A DNA stretch of 64,000 nt from Eledone cirrhosa (GCA_964016885.1 OZ024745.1:44082001-44146000), one strand, 5' to 3'; positions 12,211 through 25,199 are shown, numbered from the stretch's first letter. Translations and numbers: made by a program. Notes: generated by a model from the sequence alone, not told the origin.

Positions 12211-13712
12211 CTGAGAAATCTTATTCATCTTCTATTCAGTGTTTTTTAACTCAAGTGATATTAGTAACATTGATAAAATAAATTTTATAACTTACAGTTG
12301 TGTTACAACAGGTATAGCCCCTCTTGTATTTCAGCATCTAAGTAGCAGCAGCATGGCATGTTAAACATAGATACATAGTTTAGAAAAACGGCAACACACT
12401 TCCTGATTGCTCTTCTGTTGGCTTAACATTTGCTGCTTGCTTTGATGCCAAGAATAATGTTTATGTTGAGCAACTGCAGTGAGGAATGCAGCAAACAGCG
12501 ACCATTTTATATTTGAAATACTCTGATGAAGACACACCAGAGAGCAAAACTATGTTGGTTTTTTTTTTGGGGGGGGGGGGGGGGTTCTGATCTAAGCTAC
12601 TGGTTGGCTACATTTTCATGGGATAATTTATAAATATAGTTTTTATAGGTTTAGCATTTAATTGTAGTAGTAATTTAGGGTAGGAACTGGTTAACTTGAG
12701 GACACTTCTCTATGTCCATACCTACAACAAATCATCTGAGAAGGCTCAGTCCATGCAGATGTAATTAGGTACCATTAGCTTGCCATAGCAAAGTATAGGA
12801 GTACTGTATGTATAATGATTTCTAACTTAAGTACAAGACCAGTAATTTGGAGGAGAGGAGTAAGTTGATTATTTAGACCCTAGTACTTGACAGGTATTTA
12901 ATTTTAACAACCCCAGAAAGATGAAAGGCAAATTTGACTGTTATTTTGACATTCTTTAACCTACAAGGAGTTATGTTCCTGGGACGTCCCAAGTTGTATA
13001 GATCAATGTATTCAGTCTCTATGAATCGAGTTATACTACACTGGTGGGCTTAGATTGTGTCCTGGGAAATAATGTATTTCTACATGTTGAATTAAATGTT
13101 TCCTGAATTTCTCTCACCCATAGTTTTCTTGTTCCAGCATACATGCCTATCAATAATAATAAAAAAAACAATAATGACTGATTATCAAAGCTGATTAACT
13201 GGCAAAATGGCATTAACTAATTATCTGCTAATTAATCAGTGCAACCTTAATCTATATAATTAACTATTTCCTCTAAATTATACCCAAATTTCTGACCTTA
13301 AGACAATTAGAAATCTTTATTATTGAAAGGGTGGTGGATGGCTCCAAAACATACAAAATACCTGCCATGTTTAACCCTTTAGCATTTACATTACTCTATT
13401 TTTACTATTATATTGAATCTGAGATTTTGATATTATTTTGAGGGTGGTAGATTGGCATCAGACACCATGCTTTGCAGCATAGAGTTATAGCCCTTTGCGT
13501 TCTGAGTTCAAATGCCGCCGAGGTTAGCTTTGCAGTAAACTAAAGACTTTAATTTTAAATGTGACGTACTCATAATGCTGTTTTGTTCTTTTGCTAATGT
13601 TGTATGATGGTGGTGCAGTGCTATGATAAAAAGCACTCAGTTGACTCAGACACAGAAAATAGGTTGCTATCTTGCAAGCAGGGAAAAAGCGGACGTAAAA
13701 TGAAATGATGAA

Positions 13713-13864
13713 ATAGCTTAGAAAATTGGGTAAAATATCCCTACAGATGGGAAAAAATTACCAGTAACCACTACGAGGAATCAACCTTCATATCTTTGAT
13801 ACATAGCAGCAGCTGGCCACTTTTTCCTGTCAATGGCTGAATTTTACCCAATTTTCTAAGCTAT
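13713..13864. mobile_element. Small fold-back element or MITE with 24-bp perfect inverted termini
   Basis: atagcttagaaaattgggtaaaat (13713-13736) and attttacccaattttctaagctat (13841-13864). Confidence 0.6.
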
Positions 13865-16039
13865 CATTTATAACAAGTGTGTTTACAGTTATTTTCTGCA
13901 TCAGACATTTTTACATTTTCTATTAATTTCTTTAGGTTTTCCACTACACGTGGTACAGTTGTTAGTTGATCAATTTTACTTCTTGTTTAGCCCTAGGTAG
14001 ACCTAACAGAGCAGACTTATATTCAAAGTCATTCCAGCCTTCACCATTCCATCTTTTTAAGGGTAACTAAGACCACATAGAAGTGAACTTCATTTCTTGA
14101 TCATGAGGTTCCAAATTCAATCCCACTGCATGACATCTTTTGCCATAGTCTTAGATAAACTGAAGCCTTGTGAGTAAAATTAAGTAAAATTAAGATGGAG
14201 CTGTTCAAAAGTCTGCCAGATGGACTGTACCTGTAATAAAAGGGCCAGCCTTGTGCTGATTCTCCCTAAGAATTATGTTAAGAATACATATGTGCGTGGA
14301 ATACTCAGCCACTTGCACAATAATTTAATGAGTAGACAGTTCTGTTGATTGAACAACTGGAACACTCATCATGGAAACTGACAGCGGTCCATTTACTTTA
14401 AGACTGTGTTATAGAGTATGTCCTGCCTTTTTTAACACAGTATGGTTATGATTTAAGAGAGATTTGGCAACAACTATACAGGCTCCCTAGTTGGAAGACC
14501 TGGACAGAAGGAGTGAGAGTGGCTCTCAAAACACTGAACCTATCAGAGGAGACGAAGGGATGCACTAGGTGGTGGGAAGCTGTGCTGGAAAAGACCAATC
14601 CAACCCATGCAAACATGAAAAAATGGAAGCAAAAGGATGATGATGAAAATAGGCATTGTTACGACCCTACATTCTGAGCTCAAATCCTGCCACGGTCAAC
14701 TTTGCCTTTCATTCTCCCAGAGTTAATAAAATAAAAGTACTAATTAAATATTGGGATGATATAATAGACTTTCCCCTTTAACCAAATTGCTGGTCTTGGT
14801 ATCTAAATTAAAAATCATAATTAGAATTGCTACATTGCAGTATACTAGGTCCTTTGATATTTCATTTATATTGTCTGGCTTTGACATCTGCTAATTCCAT
14901 TCCAGGATAACAAAGGTATGTGTTTGTTATTATTATCATTAAGGCAGTGGCTAGGCAGAATCGGTAGAGCATCAGACAAAATGTCTTATGGTATTTAGTT
15001 ACAGCTCTTTATGCTCTGAGTTCATATTCTGCCGAGGTCAACTTTGTTTTTCCTCCTTCCTGAAGATCAATAAAATAAAGTACTGGTCAAGAATTGGTGT
15101 CAATATAGCCAACTTTCATGCTCCTCCAAATTGCTTGAGTATTGGATAAAATGTTTCTAGTATTTCTTCTGGTTTTTATGTTCTCGGTTCAAATTCCAGA
15201 GTGTCAACTTTCCAACCTTTGGGAGGGGTGGTGATTTAATAAATTTCCTTCCCCACAAATTGTTGGCCTTGTGTCTAAATTTGAAACTATTATTCACCAT
15301 CATATTCCTTTTATGTCTGTTTTTCCATGCTTACATGAGTGGGACTATTTTCCAACCCATGCAAACAGAAAAATTGAGATATAATGGTGTTGATGATGAT
15401 GATAAATGGTTTCTAATTTAGCTACAAATACAGATTAAAGTAGAACAAAAAGACATTGTAAAAGGCTAAAAAAAAATTTCAAGCACCAATTATTGAATAT
15501 AGATAGGAATCTGAAAACCCATCATCAACTTATTGATTATAATTAAAATTAATGGTTAAAGCTATACTCAAATGACCCCATACCCATTAAATTCTACACC
15601 TAGTAAACCCCAAAGTAATCCTTTATACACATGCTTTTCCATGTTGACATGTATTGACTGGGTTATAAAAGTTTCAGTCAATACTTATTCAGAGTTAGTT
15701 TTCGTAGATATAACAGAGGACCACATCTTGTTCAGACATCCCAGTAATAATAGTTTCTTATTTTGGCTTTCTGAATGGCTTGCCTAATTTCAAATTTGCC
15801 TTGATGAGCCACATCCTATGTGGCCCACGTCTGCTTTAAAGTCAACCAATTAGTAACCTCATCACATCTATAGCTGCATGGAAACAATCTTAAAGTAAAA
15901 ATAATTTTGATTAAGAAGCGTTACAGAGAAACTTTATATATTAAAGCATGTAAAGTGAACATAAAACGATGATGAAGAGTTCGTTTTTTAAACTGTAGTA
16001 ATGCAATAAAAAGACAAACTTTCATTTGACAGTTAAGTC

Positions 16040-16045
16040 TTTATT
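16040..16045 (-). terminator. Candidate polyadenylation signal AATAAA
   Basis: Plus strand reads tttatt. On the minus strand it is followed by gtttgtctttttattg (GU/U-rich downstream element). It sits at the edge of the repeat-free block. Confidence 0.4.
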
Positions 16046-16836
16046 TTACAGTAGTTGAGAAAAAAAAATGATTTAAATTTCATAGTAAGTACCACATCCA
16101 AGATTCATATTGCAGGAACTAGAGACATGGTACAGTTTGGTAAATTTTCTTCAATGGAACACAAAAATAGGCATGAAATTTCTACCAGACACGCGTGCAT
16201 TAGCCAACAACCATAAACACACATGCACACACACATGCAAACACACATAAATCAATAAACATACAAACATGCGTGTATACTTACACACACACACACATTC
16301 ACACACTAAATGTACATCGGAGGTTTAAAATGAATTTGTTTGTTTTTCAACTCAGAAAAAGAACAAGACCTGCCAAATGGCAGTAGCAGAGAGAGAGAGG
16401 AACAAGGAAAGTGGTAGAGGGAGAGAGAGAGAGAAATTTTAGTGGGCAACAGAAATGACCATTGCCAGCATTTAGAGTATGGAAACTAGCAGATAGCAGA
16501 CTTGATAACACCACCAGCAACAGCAATAGTTGTAGTAGTAGTTGTAGTACTACTACTACTGTTACCACTACTACTATTACTACAATCAAGTTGACAGAGG
16601 ACAAATAGGTGAAAGGTTTACAGCAGATGATATTCATTTGTCCTCCTCTTTGGTCAACCAAATTTTGTTAAAATGCTGTAGTAGTAGTTGTAGTTATAAT
16701 ACCACTGCTGCTACAAACAACAACAAAAATAAACAAAAACAAAAATCAACTGCTATCCCTGGTTACTATCAATAGTTAGGTTTGTCAACTAATATGATAG
16801 TAGTGCAAGTAGTAGCAGCAACAGCAGCAGTAAGAA

Positions 16837-16865
16837 ATATATATATATACACACACACATGTATG

Positions 16866-16913
<48 letters not shown>

Positions 16914-17025
16914 TATATATATGTATGCATGTATGTGTATACATATATATATATGGATACACACATACATATATGTGTATACATATATATATATGGATAC
17001 ACACATACATATGTATATATATATG
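16837..17025. repeat. Compound (TA)n/(CA)n microsatellite inside the putative 3'UTR, with a duplicated ~40-bp block
   Basis: Alternating purine-pyrimidine run. It is the source of six junk ORFs. Confidence 0.9.
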
Positions 17026-18672
17026 TCAACCTCAAGGAATTATTCTGCTCCAGACAACATGATCTTGTGACAGAGCACTGGACCGAGTTTATATATTTAT
17101 GAGATGGATGAAAGCAAACAGAAATATCTGCAGGGAACAGAAGAGAATTCTGTTGCAGGCTCTGTAGAGTTTTGTTAAACCAAAAAGCAATTTATATCAT
17201 ACAACTAACTGCTGATGAACTCCAGAGCTAAGTTCTATACTGTCGATACAGATGACATGGTTAATCTTCTATAATTTTCCTCATTGTGTTTTTATAGCTC
17301 CATACAGCTCTGACTGAAAACGCAGCCAGCTCCACATTGCTCTTACAGAGTATCCAGTAATTTTCACTTTGCTATGACAAACCCCAGAACCATTTTTTTT
17401 GTCTTTTATGAAAGAACAAACAGCCATTATATCAAATTATCATTGTTATTATTATTATATCTGTTTCTGACAGATTTTGCAACCAGTCCTTTCTTGTCAT
17501 GACATAATCTTCATTGTTATGAGAAACTCCACTGTTAATACTTTAATTCTCTGGATAAACACCACAGCCAATTCCATGCTGTTGTGACAAATTCCACAGC
17601 CAATTCCAAACTTATATATACACTCGATCACCGAGCAAGAGATGTTCTTTTGTGAAAAAACCACAGCAAGCTGGGTGGTAATTGTACACTCGTAGCTATT
17701 GAAATTAGTGTTAAAATAAAGACCACAGAGCAAAAAAAAAAAATGTTTTTTTTAAATGAATAGTAAATTTTAGATGATTTTGTAAAAATTTGCTTGTTAT
17801 TTACACTAGAGGTATTTTTTTTTTGTAAAATGAACACAAACATCACTAAAATATTGTATCAGCTAGCCACATTTGTGGCATAAATGCACCATTTTATCAC
17901 TTACAGCACTGGTAATAGTAGTTAGCATTAAAATCAGAAGTAGCAGTAATGCTAGTGGTGGACGTGGTTGTGATAGTAGTGGTACAAGTAGTAGTAGTAG
18001 TAGTAAAATGTTCTATGTAAGCCAACACAACAGCAGTAGAAAGGTGCAAACGAGGTAGTCCAAAGGTGGTCTGTTGGAAGTGAAACTGCTAAGGTGGTCA
18101 AAAGTCAGATAGAACCAATGGCACAATAGCACTGGTACTGTTGGTGTTTTTTCTCAAAGATACAGTAAGAAGTATCATCATCATCATCATCATCATTAAT
18201 ATTACTACTGCTGTTGTCAGTGCTGCTCCACACATTATAGTCACAAGAATACTGAATACTGTTGGTAGAGCCAGCAGCACAAGGGAAAGCTTACAAGCAA
18301 GTTGCACTCAGTTCAGGTTCGTTTGAGACAACATTTATTAACAACATAATTCCATTATGGTGTTAGTTGTAGTGGTGGTGGTAGTAACAGTAGTGGATTA
18401 CTTGAGATGGAGATAATGTCTTGACGACTGTTTCAGAGCTTAACTCAGTGGTTGAGTCATAACTGGGACAAAGGCTGAAATGAACAAGACGAGAGATAAA
18501 CAATATTTAAAATATATGTTATCTTCATTCTTTGCATTTCAAGAACAAAGAAAAAAGTTTACAAAGTATAGTTTAATAAATAAACAATATACAAAGCCGA
18601 TCTCTCGGACTTCAAAAGAATTAAGGATGATGTATTCCTGCATAGAGATACTATACTATAAAATAGCTTATC

Positions 18673-18796
18673 AAATAGAGTGAAAACCCCTTAAAAGATG
18701 GAAAAAGAAGTTGCCATTGACTGCTATGAGATTCAATTCCTCACAGCAGCAGGTAGCAACTTCTTTTTCTGTCTTTTAAGGGCCTTCACCCTATTT
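18673..18796. repeat. ~120-bp imperfect palindrome (hairpin or MITE remnant)
   Basis: aaatagagtgaaaaccccttaaaagatggaaaaagaagttgc ... gcaacttctttttctgtcttttaagggccttcaccctattt pair along nearly the whole length. Confidence 0.75.
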
Positions 18797-19099
18797 TATT
18801 GCATCTCTGCACACGTGTATCTTATATTAATTTTATGTTGAAAAATATAAAGCAAGCAAAAGAAATGGTTATTAAATCACAACAGGTCCAATAAAATTAC
18901 ATGCAAGTGAACTTAACTAACCAAGCAGAACATAAAAAATAGTAAGAATAATTAGGTAGAATTTCCATATAGTGTACCCCATGTAAACTATGGGTGGACA
19001 AAATGTAATAGTAGATTGAGGTGGAAAGTCATGTTTTTTTAGAAAGTCAAAAGGATAATGTATGAGACAGATGTAGTAGCTCTCTGAATTCTTTCCATC

Positions 19100-20570
19100 C
19101 CATACTTACTCTGGCTACTATCCTAAAATATCAGCAACTTTCACAGCTAATTATGTCATCTAGATAAGAAAACCTATCAACTAATTTTGATATTGGTTTG
19201 GATTTGTATCGATTTATGTATTTTCATCAATCCATAAAAATTACTAGTCTTCACTTCATTTTGTGATATTTTATAGTCATTTTACCTACATGGCTCATTG
19301 TATTTCTCTTTTGTTAATTTTCTTGTAGACGTCTTCATCATTTAGTTGTTCTAGGACTATATCCTTGTAGTGATCTTTATAATTACAATTGCTCCATCTT
19401 TGTCAGATTTTTTTAGTACTTATTGAGGAGTCTTTCTGTAAGTTAAGTGCTAGCAGCTGATCTGTGAGTATATTAAATTTATAGTTACTCTTTGAAATAT
19501 TTGATAGTGCTCATCATTGTAGGCATGTTATGTATTCTTCCAATTGTTTGTCTCTATTTATTGGGGGTTTGAAACATTTTTTGTTTCTGATCAGTGATTC
19601 ATCCACGTATTTTGCATTTTGGAAGAATTCTCTTCAACATAATTTTCGACAAAATTCCTGTCTTTTATGATGTTGGCTTGGTTCAGTTTCAGGGCTGGTG
19701 AAAATTTTAGTCTATTTTCTAAGTTTAATTTTTTGTGTTAATATTTTGAAAGGAGGAAGGAACCCTGTCCTAAAAAAGAATTCCTATTTGAAATAGAGGT
19801 ATTTCTGTTAAGACTTTGTAGCCTTCTGCTTGTTAATACTTTGTGTTGATAATTTCTTAGTTGGGAGATCTTATTTGTTGGTTTACATGTGGGGTACTTA
19901 TGCTTCTGTTGTTTTGTTCAGTCTTCATAGGTCTTTGATTTTGCCTCTGATAGTTGTTACTGGGTCTTTGATGAGGGTTGTATCATGTCCCGTTTTTTTG
20001 TTTTTTTTTACTATGTCTGTGTATGAACAGAAGTTTGGGTTTCTTTGATCACTGGTTGATGTTTGTTTGCTGCATGAAAACTCATCATTTTGTTTTATAT
20101 ATATATATTTTTTCCAGGTCCTGAAGGTTTCTTATGAATTTCATTTCTGGGTTTTATTTGTTTTTTCCCATAATTTTTTCATATTCTTATAGCCATAGAA
20201 TTTTTGACTCCAATATCTTCAATTCTGACTCCTCCCTGATTGTGTTGATATTCCACAGATCAAGAGTTTTTCACAACAGCTTCTTTTATTCATTTCTTCT
20301 TGTATGATGGTGTTGCATTTAAAAAATTTTTTATTGGAATTTTGGAACTCTTAAACAGAGTAGAGAGATTTCAACCTCCAGTTTCTGGATAGCTAGACTT
20401 AACCACAGTTTTATCTCTTTGTTTGGTTCTGGTGTTATTTCTTTAATTCAGAATGATATTGGAAGGATAACGTGTTCTTTACTCAGCATGTCTTTCCATT
20501 GTTTTCTTTGGTTTAGTAATTGATTCCTAAAACTTTTCATTTGGTTTATTTTCCTGTATGTCTCTTTTTC
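19100..20570 (-). mobile_element. Probable ancient LINE remnant
   Basis: A long T-rich plus strand (A-rich sense strand) with fragmentary coding-like texture. No diagnostic motif was recovered. Confidence 0.35.
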
Positions 20571-21379
20571 TAGATTGAGTTCATTCCATTCTTTGAATGC
20601 ATTATGTACAATGAAATTTTGATATGTGTGTGTGTGTGTTTACCTCTCCTTTCAATTTTTCATGACACTTACTTCTCATTTGTATATTCACCCTCTCATC
20701 CCACCAGCACCACCACCACCACCCAGCATTTTACTGTTTTTTCAACAATATGTAAATGCACTTATTTCATTAATTTTATTTTATTTTGTTTCTTCTCCAA
20801 AGGTCTTTTGTCACACTTAACCCTATCTGACCACCACAATAAGGTACCATCATTTAATCAACCTCTCTTTCTCCTATCATAAAACATCCATTTCTCATCT
20901 ATAAAATACACCCACCATCACCAACATTTTATTGCTTTTTCAACAATAATATACAAATACATTATCACTTTAATCTATTTGTTTCTTCACCAATGGTCAT
21001 TTAGGCCATTCAACCCTATCTGACTATCACAACAAAACCTCCAAAATAGGTTAAAGTGATAAAGTACATGCTGTAAAGTGATTGGTGTTATGAAGGGCAT
21101 CCAACCATAAGAAAGCTAACAAAGGGTTAGGATGACATTTCAGTTTGTGTCAAAAGACACAACTAGTACTCCTCTGCACTCAATATAACCGCATGTAAGC
21201 AGGATACAGACACCTAGGCTGCCTGCTTCAGTACTGACTTGGTCTATGTAGACCTATCCAACCCTTGCTAGCAGGGAAGTGGACTTTAGAGACCCTATTG
21301 TATAATAAATGTTTCTTCGAATTTTAATCTTGCCTAGTTTTTCCTGGTACCATGTTCATATTATAAATGTAATATACAG

Positions 21380-21870
21380 TAGAAGTAGCTAGCTAAAACT
21401 AAACCACTCTACTTGGCATTTGTTGGTCTGGAGAAAGCTTTTGATAAAGTCCCCATGCCATAATCTGGTGGGCTCTTAGAAAACTAGGAGTAGATAAGTG
21501 GCTCGTGAAAGCTGTACAAGCCATTTTATGGAGGAGCAGTCAACAAAGTTAGGATTAACAATGGCTATAGTGAAGAATTTAACCTGCAGGTAGGAGTCCA
21601 CTAGTGCTCTGTCATAACCTGTTTATTATCGTCCTGCAGGTTATAACAGAAGAGTTTATGACTGGCTGCCCATGGGAAGTTTCATATGCAGATGATCTAA
21701 TTATTATAGCTAATCTATGGCAGAATTAGAGAAGAAATTCCAAACTTAGAAGTATGGCCTAGTATCAAAGGGTCTTAAAAATCAACTTGACAAACACTAA
21801 GTAAAAGGGAAAACAGAGTCCAGATCCCCTCAGGGAAATGGCCTTGCTCAGTGTGCAAGAAAGGAGTAGA
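21380..21870 (+). mobile_element. Decayed RTE-clade LINE reverse-transcriptase fragment
   Basis: KPLYLAFVGLEKAFDKVP..IWWALRKLGVDKWLV..EEFNLQVGVH*..LF.IVLQVITEEF.TGCPWEV.YADDL, with stops and frameshifts. Confidence 0.85.
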
Positions 21871-22770
21871 TATATATATATAGACTCCCCCTGGAGTATA
21901 CATACACACACATATATATATAGATAAATATATATATATATATGTACACACACATATACACAAATATATATGTATATATATGTACGGGAGGACTAACTTA
22001 TGCTCGGAGGAAACAATACAAACAATACAAATGCTGTTTACGAAGGACCAGCCCCTAAACAAAAAAGATGAACTTGTAACCGCATGTAAACACTGATTGC
22101 GTAGGACTTACCTCGCCCTCAAACCCCCTCATGACCCAGGTGGGTAGACAATGGCTGTAAGATCCTTCTTTTTCCCGACTTGCCAAACAAGAAAGGCGAA
22201 ACCCCAGCATACATAGGTAGATGTACTTCTTTTCTTTTTTCCCTTTATCTCTTCTTCTCACTTCCTTCCACTCCCTCTCCTTTTTCGCTTACCCTGAGGC
22301 AGCCCATCGGGCATTTGTAGCCACGAAAAGTTAGGCTATTTATTACCACACTAAAAATCTAATTTAGTCCAGAAATAGCCGTCGAAACGGCTTGAGCTCT
22401 GCCATAGGTGTCTTGAACAATTTCCTATTAGCCACTCTACTTCCCTAAGTATTGAGTACTCTGGTGCATTATGGTCCACCTGGTTCCTTACCACATTTCC
22501 TTCGTTATATACACACACGCATATATACAGAGAGAGAGGAGTGTGGTGCAGACTAATATCTATTTTTAAATATAGGAACTTATGAATGAAGAGAAAATGC
22601 TTGTTTGTATGATTATTTATTTTGTTTTTTCTTCTCTCTTATTGAGAAATGAAACATGTAGAAAAATATATATTTATTTTCTTTCTTTTTTCCCAAGTCG
22701 ATGCCATCTTTAATAATGTATTTGTAGTGTATTTGTTATGAATAGTTTTAGCCACTTGCAACAGTTGTGG

Positions 22771-23997
22771 ATTATATTTATTTAGTTGATTTAACTTAAC
22801 TATTTTTATTTTCAAAATAAGGATTCATTTCATTATTCTGAATAAGCACAAAATAAATGTTTCTTCGAATTTTAATCTTGCCTAGTTTTTACTGGAACCA
22901 TGTTCATATAAATATAATATACAGTAGAAGTACCTAGCTAAAAGTAAGCTACTCTACTTGACATTTGTCGGTCTGGAGAAAGCTTGGTTGAATGGTTAAG
23001 AAGTTCACTTTGTAATAATTAGGTCCAGAGTTCGATCTCATTGTATGGCATCTTGGGTAAGTGATATTTACCATAGCCTCAGGTTGATTTAAGTCTTGTG
23101 AGTGAAATTGGGTACAGGAAACTGTTTGGAAACTCATCAAATGGACTGTACCTGTAATTGAAAGCCAGCTTTGTCACACATTGTCATGAGAATTATGTTA
23201 AGGATACACATGTCTGTGAAACACTCGGCCCCTTGTATGTTGATTAAACTGGAACAATGACAAAGGTTCATTCCATTTTCTTCATACTACTTTATTTTGT
23301 TTAATTTTTTTATATATTTGTAGCCATCTTTATATATTTGTAGCCATATATTTGAGCTATCTTTTTTCGTGATATATTTCTATCTCAATTCTCACCTTTT
23401 TCCATATCTAACTCTACCACTCCCCATTTCAGGGGTTATATAACAAATATTTGTTTACAAGTAGTCCTTATTACGATTTTAACAATTCACCAGATGGAAT
23501 GAACCTTTGTCATTGTTCCAGTTTAATCAACATACAAGGGGCCGAGTGTTTCACAGATATGTGTATCCTTAACATAATTCTCATGACAATGTGTGACAAA
23601 GCTGGCTTTCAATTACAGGTAGTCCATTTGATGAGTTTCCAAACAGTTTCCTGTACCCAATTTCACTCACAAGACATAAATCAACCTGAGGCTATGGTAA
23701 ATATCACTTACCCAAGATGCCATACAATGAGATCGAACTCTGGACCTAATTATTACAAAGTGAACTTCTTAACCATTCAACCAAGCTTTCTCCAGACCGA
23801 CAAATGTCAAGTAGAGTAGCTTACTTTTAGCTAGGTACTTCTACTGTATATTATATTTATATGAACATGGTTCCAGGAAAAACTAGGCAAGATTAAAATT
23901 CGAAGAAACATTTATTTTGTGCTTATTCAGAATAATGAAATGAATCCTTATTTTGAAAATAAAAATAGTTAAGTTAGATCAACTAAATAAATATAAT
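22771..23997. repeat. Long near-perfect inverted repeat: arms 22771-23276 and 23494-23997, spacer 217 bp
   Basis: The arms are reverse complements; by eye I count about 4 substitutions and one 2-nt indel. The ORF track shows the same peptide on opposite strands (22949..23140- and 23451..23819+). Confidence 0.95.
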
Positions 23998-25199
23998 AAT
24001 ATAACACTATTATAGTATCTAATTTCAAAAGATGGAATGGCATGCAACCTGTAATGGAATTGGTAGCACTGCAACTCAGCAAGCAACAGAAACATAGTTT
24101 GGGTCCCTATAGTAGGCATGTTGTTCTTTTTTGACTCTACCATATTCAATAATACTTTGAGCAATGACATCATTCAAACAGATTATTGTACTTGCAAGGT
24201 TATCTCCCCTGAAATAATTTACTGGCTGAAAAGTACAAGATCGTTCAAAACATGTGCAGTTTTCTGCAGAACAGATTTCAGGGTGTATATGATAGCAACT
24301 ATAAAATATTTTGGAGGGAGTGGGGACAATGAAACAAAGAAAGCTAATCAAGCAGAATAAACAATCAGAGAATATACTGAAAAATGAATGCAAACATTTG
24401 TAAAATGATATCTAAATTATAAATTAGAGATGATTGAGTCAATAGTTTCAATTAAATGGTTCTTTGATGGTGATGCCCCAGCAAAGGGCTGCAGTTAATT
24501 TAAACACAAAGTATATATGGAAGCAAACACATTTCTCAAAATAGGCTTGGAAGAACAATTAAGTATAAACCACAAATAATGACAGTCTGGCTAATAAAAT
24601 TATAGTCACCACATTTTGTGTAAGATTAATAAAATCAAGATGTAATCTAGTTCACTATATCTAGGATTTTCCAGACTGAATGCTTGTGACTGACTTTTCT
24701 CTTTAAATAGGCTTTTATAGACAGGGAAAATAATTTTGGAATTGAGTTAACTATTGGATACCATTTTCAAGAAAGTAAATCTTCCTTTCTAACAGAATCA
24801 GAAAATCTGATATTAAGCATTGTAACTATTAAAGTGGTTTATTTCTTAGATTAGTTTTCTTTCTTTCATTCATTGAATATGTACAAAAAATTATTTTATT
24901 CAAGTATGTAACATATTAAGAGTAATAAAACTATTAACTTTAAAAATAATTTTAAAACTTCAGTAAATTGCTCCTACCTTCTTGTTTTATGCCAACAGAT
25001 CTTATATCATTCATAGGAATGCTTTATTTGTAAATATATATATATATATAATTGCAATATAGAACACTAAGTGAGGCAGCAATATTCTAAAGTAACATTT
25101 GTGTACAACAAAATGTACTTATTAACCTAATCTAAAAATAAAATTTACTTTAGATCAGCACAATAACCAATTAAGATTATTGGTTAAAACTTACTCATG

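Larger units (their letters stand above)
8050..15290. mobile_element. Further type A SINE copies: ~8050-8190(-), 10505-10720(-), 10733-10930(-), 11703-11900(+), 12815-12940(-), 13441-13535(+), 14655-14815(+), 14941-15290(+)
   Basis: Same head and core motifs (gatgaaaggcaaagtt on minus copies). Some copies are arranged head-to-tail. Confidence 0.8.
16020..18474 (-). other. Probable terminal (3'UTR) exon of the TCF20/RAI1-like gene, ~2.4 kb
   Basis: Strong acceptor tttatctctcgtcttgttcatttcag| ending at 18475. Minus-strand AATAAA at 16045-16040 is followed by a GT/T-rich element. The interval has no recognisable SINE or LINE copies, unlike both flanks. Confidence 0.55.

Noticed and set aside
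12521-12560. Hammerhead ribozyme candidate (CTGATGA...CAAAAC); similar partial cores at ~1502, 17213 and 60028
   Set aside because: The GAAA core and a convincing stem II/III are missing. At best these are decayed Penelope-type relics.
16769-17102. Six overlapping Y/I/V/C-rich ORFs
   Set aside because: They are translations of a (TA)/(CA) microsatellite.
23451-23819. 122-aa ORF and its opposite-strand twin at 22949..23140 as a duplicated gene
   Set aside because: They are chance frames through an antisense SINE inside the inverted-repeat arms.
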